NCBI GenBank assembly: GCA_965649765.1
Contig: OZ287748.1
Span: forward strand, 36,952,001-37,016,000
DNA from: Bispira polyomma
Taxonomy: Eukaryota
Length of the DNA: 64,000 nucleotides
Reading direction: 5' to 3'
Positions 1-12,804 of this stretch are shown here, piece after piece. A program made the position numbers and the translations under genes. Under the pieces are notes generated by a model. That model was given only the letters and a program-made list of their open reading frames with translations, had not been told where the DNA came from and did no database searches. Numbering within the stretch: the first letter of the stretch is position 1; each line of letters begins with the position of its first letter.

Positions 1-1470
1 AACCTCAAAACTCGAAAATACCCGGCCATAAACAGGCATCATCTGGTTTGCAGCAATACATGTTCAATAAATAATTTATAGTGTTCTGCATACTGGCTTT
101 GGGCTGTTGTGTACAAAAAACCGTGGATATGTGTTTAAACACTTTAACTATGCTATGTTAAGCAGGTTGACTTGTATGAAAGGGTATACTACAAGCGTTC
201 CATCGTAGTAGGTCAAAAATTGGCTCAAAATCACTCGAGATCTCTTACCGTTTCCAAGATATTCGCCATTCTATGAAATGTTGTGAATGATTGACAAAAC
301 ATAAGTGTTTGACCGTATTATATCCTTGCTACCATAGTGGATTTAATATTGGCTTTAAATAGCTCTATCTTTTACCATTTCCAAGATTTTAAATTATTAT
401 ATATTTCATACATATACAGAAATTTGGGTCGTGTGATCACAACATTCATTTGTTTCACCTAAATTAGAAAAGGTTTTTCTCAAAACTAAACAAAAACCAC
501 ATCAGATTGGGATGCAGATTGGAGAATGCAAACAAAATTATATTATTAAACAACTTGAAATTTTGATTAAATGATCCTTTTAGTCTGCAGAAGATATCCT
601 GAAAAAAATAATATTCTGCAAAATTTTGCCTTTTTAAATACTTTTAGCAATTTTCTCGTTAGGAAATCTTACAACTGACATAATAATACTTCGTACATTA
701 AAAATACTCGTGTTGTCGTCAGACTTAAACAAGAACAACAAATTTCCCATTATGTGGTTTAGACCAAGCAGAATAAGCAGTGACAAAAATAGTGCATGAG
801 GACATAAACAACCGGTTGTTGAAGTGATAAGGTTACATTTACAGGCTATCTGAAAGTCTAGACATTTGGCTTTTTACCCTCTTGGATATTTTAGACTCAG
901 ATGGCTAATGTTGTTTCTACCAAATATAGCCAAAAAAAAGATAGGCTTCTTTTGGAACAGTAAACACACCTTCTAATGAATTACAACTATCAGATACACA
1001 GCTTGATATCAGTGAATAATACTCCATTAGCTAGATTACATCTAATTTCTCATGTGTTGATTAAAATCACTACAGGAGAGATGTGGGGTTTTAGGGTGTT
1101 ATAATCAAATGTGAAAGTCTGGCTTCCCTAAATGTGATTTAGCTATAGGGAAATATTGAAACAGCAATCTATTAGATATGGGTGTTTTTTTTTGTTTTTT
1201 TTGTGAATTATAGAGCTAACAGTGTTGGATACTTTTGATGAAAACAACTAACAATTACAATTTTGACTTGAAAGAAGGATAATTATAATGATGATTAAAA
1301 TCATTAGGGTTCAATTAAATAAAAAGGAGCAGTTTGTTTAAAACATAAACTTGTGTAAATTTCACCCTCATACATACAAGGACATACCAACAGGGACATA
1401 CACACAATCAGCATGGAGAAGAAGTGCCACAATGTTGTATGACGCAGACATATAGGGACACACATACACA

Positions 1471-1526
1471 CACTTACTAAGGTTGACTCTGCTCATACTC
1501 TGTAAGGACATCCACTGCATTCTAGG
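1471..1526 (-). repeat. Third, more degenerate copy of the exon-4 3' end and donor
   Basis: cacttactaaggttgactctgctcatactctgtaaggacatccactgcattctagg aligns to the copy at 6097-6152; cut by the TIR element at 1527. Confidence 0.7.
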
Positions 1527-4500
1527 CCGGTGAAACGCAAAATAGTGCACCCTAATAAATAGTGAATCCCTTACTTTGAATTTTTGCGGGATACATTATT
1601 ACTCTGTCATATTTTGCACCCCTAACAATAGAAGGATTAAGGGGTACATAATTTGGCAGTGAAATATTGTATCCCCATCCAAAAAATGCACCATTTGTCA
1701 ATGGAGTAAACTGGCCTGAGAGCAATGCACTCTGGATCAGTACGGTCTGTTCCCTGTATCAATAATGTCAATATATGCACTAATGTGTTAGGGAGATTTC
1801 AGATTTTTTTAGTGATGTATTACTAGTATTAGTGTCTGCACTCTGATGTGTCAGAGTAGTATTAGTGTATCTATGTTATTGGCAAGTGCCTGGTGTGTGT
1901 GTTCGAGTGAACACGGTATTGTTTTTTGGTCTCTTTGACCTAGTATATGTGTTGCAATGTCAGGGACATTGGTGTGTTTCTATTTTAAGTGTTTCAGCTG
2001 CTCCTATTTCTGGGAGGTATTTGTTCATGACCATGCTGTGTGGGGAATTACTCTGAGGGGAGCTTGGGCCCAGTTGAAATCATTTCCCCCAGTTGGGGGT
2101 TCATTCTTGATTATGTGGCTGGAAAGGAGCTAGTGTTTCAGCACCTGCCCACCTGCTCCTTAGTTATAATTACTTTTTATGGCATGATTATGCCATTGCT
2201 TATTGGCATAATCGTGCTTTCCTATGGAAAGAGGGGGGAGTGGGGGGTTATAGTGGGGAGAACGTATGTAACCATGGTGATTTTCTGTCGACAGGGTAAT
2301 GTCTGAACTTACAAGGATTTCAGCTTTTATATTTGGCATACATATGTAGTCTGTTTCAGTGACGGTCCATTTTTAATTTGGTGTCAATATAGCCAGAAAT
2401 AAGTCAGAAATAGCCATTTTCTGTTTAGGGATCGTGAGCTTTGACTGAAGGGTCTATTACCGCCCATTTCCGGTGTCTCGGTTTCTAGAATGATCTCGTC
2501 AGCTGGTTCATTCATGGATAGTTTTCGTTGTTGTTGTGAATGAAACATATAGAACATAGTAAGGTCACGTGATCTTCTGGGCATGAGCAGTGAAACGATC
2601 GATATTCCTTGCTAATTTATTCCCACGAAAACGTTACTGGGACCTTCTACTGATCGAGATCGCTTCTTTGATGTTTCCGGAAATAGCTTCGTCACTTGTC
2701 TGAGTTTGCAGTAAAAGTTCTGCGAAAACCATATAAAAATAGAAATAAGATACGTTATTTAAACAAATTGCTATTTCTTAACATTGAAGTTTAATCACAG
2801 TTTTTAACAGATCTCGGCTCATTTATATGTCTAGACAGGGGCCTGTTTTGACAGTATAATCAGTTCCAGGTGAAAGTTGGCAAGAGTAGATATATACACG
2901 TTTTCTGTGCCAATAAATTATATTAAACATAAAAAAGGGTACTTGCTTCCATTCGGTGGTTCTGCCTTCTTTATTTATTGAATATTCACAGATTTCTAGG
3001 GAAAACGATATACAAATTATTTGTAATTAAAGTAGGTCACACTTAACAAAAACAGGCCCGAAACTGACGTAACACTTCAAAACGAGGTTGAGATGTACCT
3101 ATCATTCATAATGCTGTACATAATCTCAACCTCGATAAATTGGTGTCGCGAAAATATCCTGCAAAAAACAAAATTTTACTTAATATTTACTGCATTTAAT
3201 AGTTATACCTTCATCCATATTTAACCCTAAATTTTCGGTTTTGTATCAGCGGAAAGCTATTTTTTGTGCTTTTTGACAGTCTGGACAGTTACCAGATCCA
3301 ATGAATATTAGTTGAGCTTTGTAAAGAACTTGTTGTAAAAATCTTAAAAGTTTTGAGATAAATAGGCATTGATCAAATTATGATTTCTCTGTAATTACTT
3401 AAGCTAAAATACACTTTCTGACCCTTTTTACAAAATTAAATTATGATTTCTCTGTAATTACTTAAGCTAAAATACACTTTCTGACCCTTTTTACAAAATT
3501 AAATTATGAATTCTCTGTAATTACTTAAGCTAAAATACACTTTTTGACCCTTTTTACAAAATTAAATTCCATTAAATATTAATTGAGATATTACAGTCTT
3601 TATTTTATACATATTTCGTCCATTGTGAATTTGGTACATGCAGACACACATGTTGTTATTTATGGTATAAGCGGCTGGTTTTCTTAATCTAATCTAATCT
3701 AGTCGTACTTTTATAGCACTTAATCTTTGTACAACAAATTCTAAGGCGCAACAAACCCAAAAATTAATTCAAACTGCAAATGGTGAAAAAACTTCTTATT
3801 AGTAAAGCATTTTCCTTAAATTTAATATAAATGGTGATTATGCGATGAAATAGTTCTTCATTTTCGGAAGACAGTGCAAATATCTAAATTTAAAACTTGT
3901 AAATAGAAAGTAATTTGCCATACATTCATTTTGAAGAGTGATTATGTGATGAAATAGTCACTTAATAGTTGTAATACAAGTGTAGGGTAAGTTTTGTTGG
4001 AGATTCTTTATGTTAAAATCGAAAAATTTTCAATTTTCGCAAATGCGCTTTGATCCGATTTCTAAAAAGCCCTAATACTAGGACATTAGTTATGTAGTTT
4101 GACTCTGCCTGTGCTGCTGATCACAAAGCTGAAAGAATTTTTAAAATCAGACAGTTATTAATGGAGATATGAGTGTTTAAAGTTTTTATACATTGTTAGT
4201 CCATATACAAAATTCCGTCCACTATTTTGGGTAGTTACGGAGGTAAAATCCCCTAAATCGGCCTAGATCTTGGGAGGTAGCTCTGTATGGAGGTAAAATC
4301 GCCTAAAATCGCCTAGATCTTGGAGGTAGCTCTACAATCGCCCTTGAAAATCGCCTAAATCTTGAACGATGAACATAATTTTTTAAAGTACGCCGAAAAC
4401 CCCAACGAGCATCATTCATTATTTTCGGCTTTGTTGTGGCATTATCATGATATGGCTGCCAGGCCATTCTCCTCTTGTTACAATTTATCATATAACTTAT

Positions 4501-6075
4501 ATTCAACGTGTGGGATCTATTCCTACCTCTATTTAGTAGTCTTCGATGTAAAGAAAATGTTACTTCTATCATTTATATGTATTATCCTTATCTCAAGGTC
4601 ATTTGGCTCAAGGTCATAACAGTTTGGACTCTAAATAAACTACAAATAGCAAAACATATCATTTATTTGTCCAACATTATAAAAAAAAACTTGATTAATA
4701 TGTACATATTGACTTGAATGTCATTGTTATCCTCACAAATTCTATGCAAATTTGTAACACACATGTAATAAACTAGGTTGTTTTAATTAGTATAAATATC
4801 ACTGCGAATAGTTACTGTATACATATATATGATATTCAATTTTTCATATCAAATATCAAAAATTGTAATACTGAGGACATGGGAACTGTTGAAAATTTCG
4901 CTGGTTGTTGGCAAACTGAGTGTAATTTTTACAAAATGGCATCACATTGTGCATGTCACTATAATAAATAAAATAAATAAATATAGCACCCTCAAACAAA
5001 CCTATCACACTTAAATTAATCTTTTACTGATCAAAGTCCATGTTTTAATCCAATTATAGCAGTCAGGAAACCCTCCCTCTCTATAGATAAATTGCTTAGA
5101 AAAAACACTACAGTTTATTTTCTAATCAATAAAATTGGCTTCCACTTGTGTTGAAATTGGAGCAAATAAAAGCGCAAAGAACAGAGAAATCTATTGATTT
5201 ATTTGATCAGAAATGGTGTCCAGTTTTAAATAAGCTGATATCAGCATAGATTTTTGCATAATTGTGCCAATGCAGTATTTATATCTTATCACTGATGGTG
5301 TGAAAAAAAGTTCATTTCCTCTGATGAGACATTATCGTAATATTTACATTGGAGTAAGGAAAATTTTTGTCATAGCTTAATTCTTAATTTAAATTTTTTA
5401 TTGGAGTATTAAAACGCATCCCGCAAGATGCAATATTTTGTGAATGCCACAGAAAGAGGTTCTGATGGTGTTGAGAATCTTTAAATGGAGGAATTAACTG
5501 AAATATAAAAAAGGTGAACAAGTCATCAGTGCTGAATTTAAATTATACTTAAATTAATCCCTTACTAATCAAAGTCCAAGTTCTAATCCAATTAAAGAAT
5601 AGTTGGGAAACCACACATACGACCCTCCCTATAGACAATACAAGGTATATGTCACTTTTAGTTTAAAGAATTGAAGATGTGGAAAGTTCGATAATCTGTG
5701 AATTTTACCATTTCTGCAAAAAGAGTATACTTTTATATGTATCTTTATACACACATCAAATTAGTATATCATGTTTAAACTGACATAACTTATTTAAAAA
5801 TTTGTGTATGTGTATAACACAATGTCAGTATAATAATAATTATCTGTCTATCTACTTAATAAATGTAATATATAAATAGATATTTATAGATGCAATACAT
5901 ATGCAATATATAAATACTGTGGGGATACATTATTTTTCCAGGAGATACATTATTTAACAAGGATGTAGAATTTTCTACAATATTTAACAAAGGATACAAA
6001 ATTTGGTAAGCCCCCTTTCCATATTTTGTATCCACACACACTTTTCAGGGGATGGACTATTTTGCGCTACACCGG
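1527..6075. mobile_element. Non-autonomous TIR DNA transposon (CMC/EnSpm-like architecture)
   Basis: Left end CCGGTGAAACGCAAAATAGTGCACCC; right end reverse complement CCGGTGTAGCGCAAAATAGTCCATCCC; clustered GGATACA-type subterminal motifs at ~1588-1675 and ~5920-6035. No convincing transposase ORF, TSD unclear, superfamily tentative. Confidence 0.75.
3375..3567. repeat. 63-bp tandem repeat, ~3 copies
   Basis: Unit aaattatgatttctctgtaattacttaagctaaaatacactttctgaccc... starts at 3375, 3438 and 3501. Confidence 0.95.
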
Positions 6076-6096
6076 TGTTGTGCTAGGGATATACAG

Positions 6097-6152
6097 ACAC
6101 TTACTAAGGATGACTGTTCATCCTCTATAAGAACAGCAACTGTATTCCAGCC
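6097..6152 (-). repeat. Diverged duplicate of the 3' end and splice donor of GABA-B-R3 exon 4
   Basis: Minus strand reads GGC TGG AAT ACA GTT GCT GTT CTT ATA GAG GAT GAA CAG TCA TCC TTA|GTAAGT (GWNTVAVLIEDEQSSL) versus the real exon GWDTVATLIEDEQTESFSL|GTAAGT. Confidence 0.85.
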
Positions 6153-6201
6153 ATGATACACACATACATACACACACCCACACACATACATACACACTTA
6201 C

Positions 6202-6378
6202 CAAGGAGAAAGACTCTGTCTGTTCATCCTCTATAAGGGTAGCCACTGTATCCCAGCCCCAGTGTTGTATAAAGGCCTTACGGGCGGGGTTGTGGGAGGA
6301 GTCAGCAGCTGCCAATCTAAAGAATCCAGGGTACTTCTCCCTGTCACTCAAAGCAGGGGAGGTGGCGCCATGAGAAAC
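6202..6378 (-). CDS. GABA-B-R3: GABA-B receptor R3-like subunit, exon 4
   Basis: Acceptor tttgtcAG, donor TTG|GTAAGT, 177 nt, phase 0/0; VSHGATSPALSDREKYPGFFRLAAADSSHNPARKAFIQHWGWDTVATL (SPALSDR and DSSHNPAR motifs). Confidence 0.95.
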
Positions 6379-6427
6379 CTGACAAACAGATAAAACAATT
6401 CTTTGTCCAATTATTTCATTTTACTGT

Positions 6428-6675
6428 GGTGTCCTGTGGCCTTTTGGTTAGGGTGTTAGTTTGGTGATCAGAAGGTCATGATTCTACTCCTGATAACACC
6501 ATGATGGTTATTGGGGCGATAATAGCCTTGTGCAAGTTGTGGACACTCCATTACCTACTGATAATAGCTAAATGGCTATGTATTAGGATCTTGATTACTG
6601 CTGTATCGATTCTGATGTTGCCCTTTAGAAGATGCCTATTAGCAATAAGGTGTATTAAAAAGCCTCAATTCAATT
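6428..6675 (+). mobile_element. Degenerate tRNA-derived SINE
   Basis: A-box-like tggccttttggttag and decayed B box; 3' tail gattctgatgttgccctttagaagatgcc...aataa shared with 32187-32240 and 50451-50505. Confidence 0.6.
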
Positions 6676-9555
6676 TATTGGGGGTTTACATAACTTTCAA
6701 TATTATTAGTTATATTGGCCAGATTTATTTGTGGATAAAACCAGCACTGCTTGTATTGATGATCACTGCCAGTACCTGTTAAACTTTTCTACCTCCAGGA
6801 AGCACTGTGATTCCACCCCACTGTCCTCTGAGGTAACAGGCTCTGAATGTTAAAGGAGATGCTTAAAAACCAATAGGTCACCATGGCCTATTATTCTAAT
6901 ATAGTATTGGTGTATTTATGCAATTCCAATTTTAATGAAAACTCTATTTGGAACACAATGAAAATAATAGACATCTATAAAGTATGGACAATCCAAAATC
7001 AAATAAGAACGTTGCACAACATTCTTTGTAATGTCAACAAAACATTTTATTTATTTTAAGAGCTAAAACTTGAAACAAACTGTAATCTTAAGTTCAAATC
7101 AGATATAAATCACTTGACAAAATCCTTAACCAACACAATATATGTAAATTTAGGAATCCATACAGAGTCCAATAAATCGACAAGCCCAGCTTACATCTAA
7201 ATCTCTGGTCAGTGGTGTGTAAAATCCACAGGCAAGCTTTGACCAACACAAACAGCAGTTTCTTTTACCCAAGGACTATTTTTCCCCGAGGAGTAAGTGA
7301 AGGGTTCTTAAGGGAAAAAACCAAAGACTTAAGATCTTCATCCTACCAGTTCAAACCACTAATACCAGTAGTTGAGATCTGGATGGAAAAATTAACTGAT
7401 CTTTTATACTCAAACCCTAAAAATTCAACAGATAAATTTTATTCATATATCTATTGACTGTTTCAATTTTTGCTTACTTGCATTCATTTTACATTAAAAA
7501 TTCCTTACTGGGAACGAAAGAACAGCAGAGATTTATAAGAAGTCATAAAGATAATTAAATGAAAGGATGGCTTTATCTCAAGTCACTTTCAAAGACTTCA
7601 GCTTCACAAGCTAAAACCATTAAAAGGAAAAGTCCAAGCCTTACAAGTTTGTAGAAAAACGACACTCTGGCTAACCTCGCTTGAGGTGCAACTTTGTTAG
7701 AAACTTTCACTTGATCTCATTTCCAAATGTTTACATACTGCATTTAGTTAGGGGAGCGACAGATATTGGTGTGGGTTAACAGCACTTAACACACTTATTT
7801 TTGGTTGATGTGCATCACTTCCGGTAGCATAATAGACGAGTGTTGTGTACAAACCTGAAGACTCTATTTATAATATAAAGACCATTAATTAAGGCATTTC
7901 CTTAAAATGTATAGGCTTATCAAAAGACACAAAGCTATTGTGGCTATTTTCCAATGTTCTGCAACCTGGGGTTTAGTTCTAAACATGTGCACTGTCATAT
8001 TTTTTGTTGACTTCGCACTTCCGGTCTTTATAATAGGAGACAAAAGGTAGATAAATGCAATGAGAATAAATTTAAATACACATAGGATTCAAGAAACTAG
8101 TGCCTTATGTTGTAAATTTGGTACAAGAGTTATAATTTGGCCCAACTAAAGGAACATGCTATATGTGGTTTTATTGAGAAGGAAATTTCACTTGTATTTC
8201 ACGCCATGTCAGAAATGTTTCAAACTTATTTTTAGGTGAGAAATATGACTTCTTAATTTAGTGTAAGCTTTTATACATTTGTGCCACATTACAACACTTC
8301 ATACCACTATTCTTTGAGTTGATTTGATTAAGTTGTAATACATAGATGTACATAATGAATATATACTAAAGCGTATCAAAGAATTAATTACAAATTATGA
8401 AATAACATGAAATATGACATTTGTTATAGCACACTTACACAACATAGGGTCATTTCAAATGCAATTTCCCTCATGGGCAGCCACTATGAACGCCGAGGTT
8501 TGCTTGAGGATGACCATTTATTAACATCCCCTAGAATGTTTAATCTGCCACGGGAGATAGTACAGAAGACCACATTTTTAACTGGTCATCAGAGCTACTG
8601 GGGCAAACGTGTGGTCACATCTTGCTCAAATCATGTTATCCCACTAAATGAAACCAATTGTTCGGTATTGGGAACACAACCGAGACCTTCTTATCATCAG
8701 ACCAAAAACTCTTACTACTAGAATTACAGATAAATGACAAATTTACAAAAGAAAACTGGCGCCTTAAACAAGGCTACACACATAGAGAGTGGAGAGAAGA
8801 GAAAAAAAGAGAGTTTTCTCTAGCTAGGAAATCCTTCTCTAGTCCCAATCCTGCTGTTCCGCCAGAGTCCAGGGGCACTAGAGGGATCTATAAATGATGT
8901 CATGCTCCATTGCTGCCAGTGATTTCAGATCTCCATCACGTCATGTTTAATCATAACTAATGGCTGGGCCACGGCCGACTGATAGGCTTTGTATGGGGCG
9001 ACTACTTGAAGCTGCTGGGGGCGAATTGAAGAAAGTGGAAAAAAAAATCCCCTAGTTCAAATACATTTTTTTAAGGACAGCTTATTTGGTACCTATATAT
9101 ATATATTTTTAATAAAACACTGAAACGATATATATGATATATATTTGAGTTACACCCTTGCAATACGTTCTATCCATGAACCATATAATTACTCCCGTAT
9201 GTTTTATTATATATCTAAGTTACTGCCTATCAAATCAAATTGCCCCCCCCCCCCCTCTGTGTAAGAAAATTGTAAGATTACAGAACCTTTGAAGCCTAGT
9301 CTACGTCCAATATGTCAGTACCACCTCGCCCTCCCCCTCTTCCCCCACTCCCCCACTCAATTTTGTTTGAGCTCTCCCTTTTCTCTCTTCGAGTATGTTA
9401 TCTTTAGGGTTCAAAGGGAGCGGCAAAACGGGCCAGTGAAGGTTAATTTACTTTCTCCTAACTGTGTACTACATGTTTTAAAGGGGGTATGAAGTATTAT
9501 TTATGGTACAATTGTGACAAATAATGCTGCCTCTGGTGATTTTTTTCTTTCTCTC

Positions 9556-9588
<33 letters not shown>

Positions 9589-10800
9589 TTACAACAGATC
9601 TACCACCAAGCAGCTCATTTCTTAATCAAATACTAGAGTTTTTCTCTCTGGCTTCTATTTCTTTTTTTTAAAACTCTTTGCTTAGTTTTACCAATATTTT
9701 TGTTTCTTTCTCCTGAAGTTAGCCATGTGGTTGAACTCACCCTGACAAGTTTAAGGATTATAAATAATAGATAACTGTATCTAAATATCATAAGTCGTGG
9801 TTTTTCTTCTCTCAACAATGTTATTTTTTTTTGTTTAAAACAAAAATGTACCAGCAACCAAAGCTACTCATAAATGGACCTAATGACCTCGAGCCATATC
9901 TTCAGGTCTATGAAATAGGTCTATTAAAATCAATGGTCTCAAGTATGGGTTATTTATATATGTCTGCACATATAGCCTTCACTTGAGTAAAATGAGTTTG
10001 AGGTTGAGTTTCTTAGGAAAATATGGGGGTCAGGCTTCAATTTTTTAAGAAAAAACTAAAGTGCACCTCTGAGTGCAACGTCTGGGTTTTTTTTTTACTT
10101 GAGTAAGTTGCTTATTGAAATAATGTTCATAAAACCTGAAGTGTTATTGCTTACAACCAGACACTTTGACAAAAAGGTACAGTTTTATCTATACACAGTT
10201 ACTTGGGTGTCTACAAGTGACTGGACGTTTTAGCACTTTCTTATCAAAAGCCCCACTTCTTGTAATATCGCTCACAGAGAGGTCACTTCAAGATTGACTA
10301 CTTAGCTGTAGAGGGGAACTTCAAGAATAGCCAACCTGAACTTAGGACTTAAACTAAGGGATAAATTTAAAATATTCAATAAAAAAGAAGTTAACTATGG
10401 TCCATTTGATGATAATGGATAAAAAACATATCAACAGTATAAGCAGGCATGTCATTTTCTTTATTGTGCATCATTTTAAACTATAATACCTTTGACTATA
10501 TAAAAGTAAATGTAAAATACAAAGTTGGAGTTTAAAATGTATAGTGTTTATTAAACAAAAATATATTTATTTATTTAAGGTATTACTAAAGACACTTTGC
10601 TTAATTATGATCATGACGTCATTTAATATATAAAGAAAAGAGTATTAATACTGAATATTGAAAAGTTGTAGAAAATAAACCTTGAGGTGTGTTGTTTTTT
10701 GTTTAAAGCCAATCTAAAGTTACAGTTTTAAAGTTAAGTCTTCCACTATCGGTTTTATGACATGAGAGGTATGGTATCTATAAATGTCAGCAGCCCATAC

Positions 10801-10938
10801 CATCAGTAAGTTCCAGTAGGGCACTATTTCCCCAAGAGTGGTGGCTACTTCTGAACAGGAAGTGGCAATGAGCAACAAAAGTTGCTGCTTCCGGTACATG
10901 AGGTCATAAAAGGTGTCTGCCCCAACGCCTGGATCACA
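10801..10938 (-). CDS. GABA-B-R3: GABA-B receptor R3-like subunit, exon 3
   Basis: Acceptor tttcAG, donor ATG|GTATGG, 138 nt, phase 0/0; CDPGVGADTFYDLMY...SCSEVATTLGEIVPYWNLLM (CDPGVG and VPYWN motifs typical of R3). Confidence 0.95.
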
Positions 10939-12804
10939 CTGAAAGTACAGGAAAAATAAATACAAATTATGTTTATTTCTATTTAATAGCTGAATTCCTA
11001 GAATTTCAGTGTACTGGGTGTAGCCATGTTGAAGGTAATTCTGAAAACAATATTCTTACACAATAAATATCATGGAATCACAGTTGGGGCTCCACATGTA
11101 CTAAAGCAGTATTATGGTTTATAGTGCTGTCCTTAAGGTTTGGTGCTAAGAAGGTATTCTAAACAATATATCCAGTCAATTTTACCATATTTTTGCTTTT
11201 CATTTTTCATGCATTGATATAGATCCAAACTGGTGACAATGTATGTTCTTGGGGTTGTTTTCAACAAGAATGTATAGCCTTATAATACAGCATTGGTCGC
11301 CATCAGAAAACAGTTGTTTGTTGACATTTAGCCTAATATGATGTTGTGACGTGCCGAGCTACAAATCAAATAAATGCTGAAAATGATGGAATACTTTATT
11401 CAAAAAGATAACAGGATCTGTAAAATGACAAAATGACCAATGTGGCTATACCAGTAGTTGAAACAGGGTCCCACTGTTTACGAGACCAAAAACAATTTTT
11501 AACCCACCTAACTACTAAGCTAAACTAGTTATCTTTATCAGGTACATCAGAAAGTTATAACAATATATTGGTTATTTGTATCGGATACATTACTCAACTG
11601 CAGTTATTCTGCGTAGGTTATTGTTTAGCTTTGTAATGTAATGCAACTGATAAATAATTTGTGTTTAATCTGTTATATCTGATACTATAGCTGGTATTTC
11701 ACACTTCATCTCAAACTCACCCTTTTCAAGGTATTTAATCCTATTTCCACATTGGGAGACACTTAAAGATTAAATCACTATAAAATGAAAAAAAATGGGA
11801 TTGAAGAAAATGAAAGCTATAAGGGAGACATATTTGCTTTCAGAAACACATAACAAATGGGAAATTCTACTGAACTACAAGTATTAATCTAAAAAATAAA
11901 TATCAAAATCTAGTTATATATGCAACCTTACATTATCATTATCGTGCTAGATATCCAATTACATTTTCCAAAAAAAAAAAAAAGAGTGAGATGAATAAAC
12001 CATAAAATGGATATAAACTAGGTGAGAGTCTAGTCATAACAAAGCAGATGCTTCTAATCACAAGGCCATTGTGTGGACCCCCTTGAAGGGGTATGGCATT
12101 TTGCAGTATGTGATTACATAACTAAATATACATCAATACATGTCTGGCGATACAGCCACATATCTTCATGGGAAGACAACAGTTGTAGGTGTGTTTTGAA
12201 CAAACACCCAACATTTACTGTCAACACGAGAGACTTTTCTAAGTTCTTGAACCTTTAACTCCTTTTGAGATTTGTTGACAGCAAATATACAGGCTACTGC
12301 CTTGAATAAATCTCTTTTGTGTTAAAAAATAATGTTAAACTACCTGGCGAGTTGTAGCATGAATGGCCCCTTTTCTCTAGTTACTGATTCCCACTAAGAT
12401 GAACCTTATACCACAATTAATTTTAATCAAATAATACTACAAAAGTAATTAGAAAACTAAACATTTAGTTTGTAAGTTTTCTGATTATATATAATTTAGA
12501 TTTTTTATTTGTCAAGACAATTAATTGATCACCATTATCTGATTGACAAAACAGATTAATAGAAAATATATCCTCAATTCAGAACAAACCTCCTCAGCAG
12601 AGGAAAGAATATTTATTAAATTCAGATATGCAGCAGTAGTTGTTTTAATTTTAAGCTTAACGAGAGGACACGATTTTTAATTAAGGTAAAATACATCAGA
12701 TAATCTTCACTACGTTACAATATATTTGCCCAATTATCATCTATTGTGAAAGAAATTTATGAAAAAATCATGAAAATTTGAGAGTAGCAGCTGTTACAAA
12801 TGCC

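Noticed and set aside
2384-2584. ORF ending RSLNRKWLFLTYFWLY, reminiscent of a hAT TTF zinc-finger start
   Set aside because: No following FCxxC motif or further transposase sequence in the frames examined.
5315-5363. Hammerhead-like string TTTCCT-CTGATGA-GAcattaTC-GTAA...GTA-AGGAAA
   Set aside because: GAAA core is GTAA, and stems II and III have only 2 bp each; at best a dead relic, probably chance.
8407-8897. Two overlapping + ORFs (104 and 79 aa)
   Set aside because: No recognisable domain; probably decayed repeat sequence.
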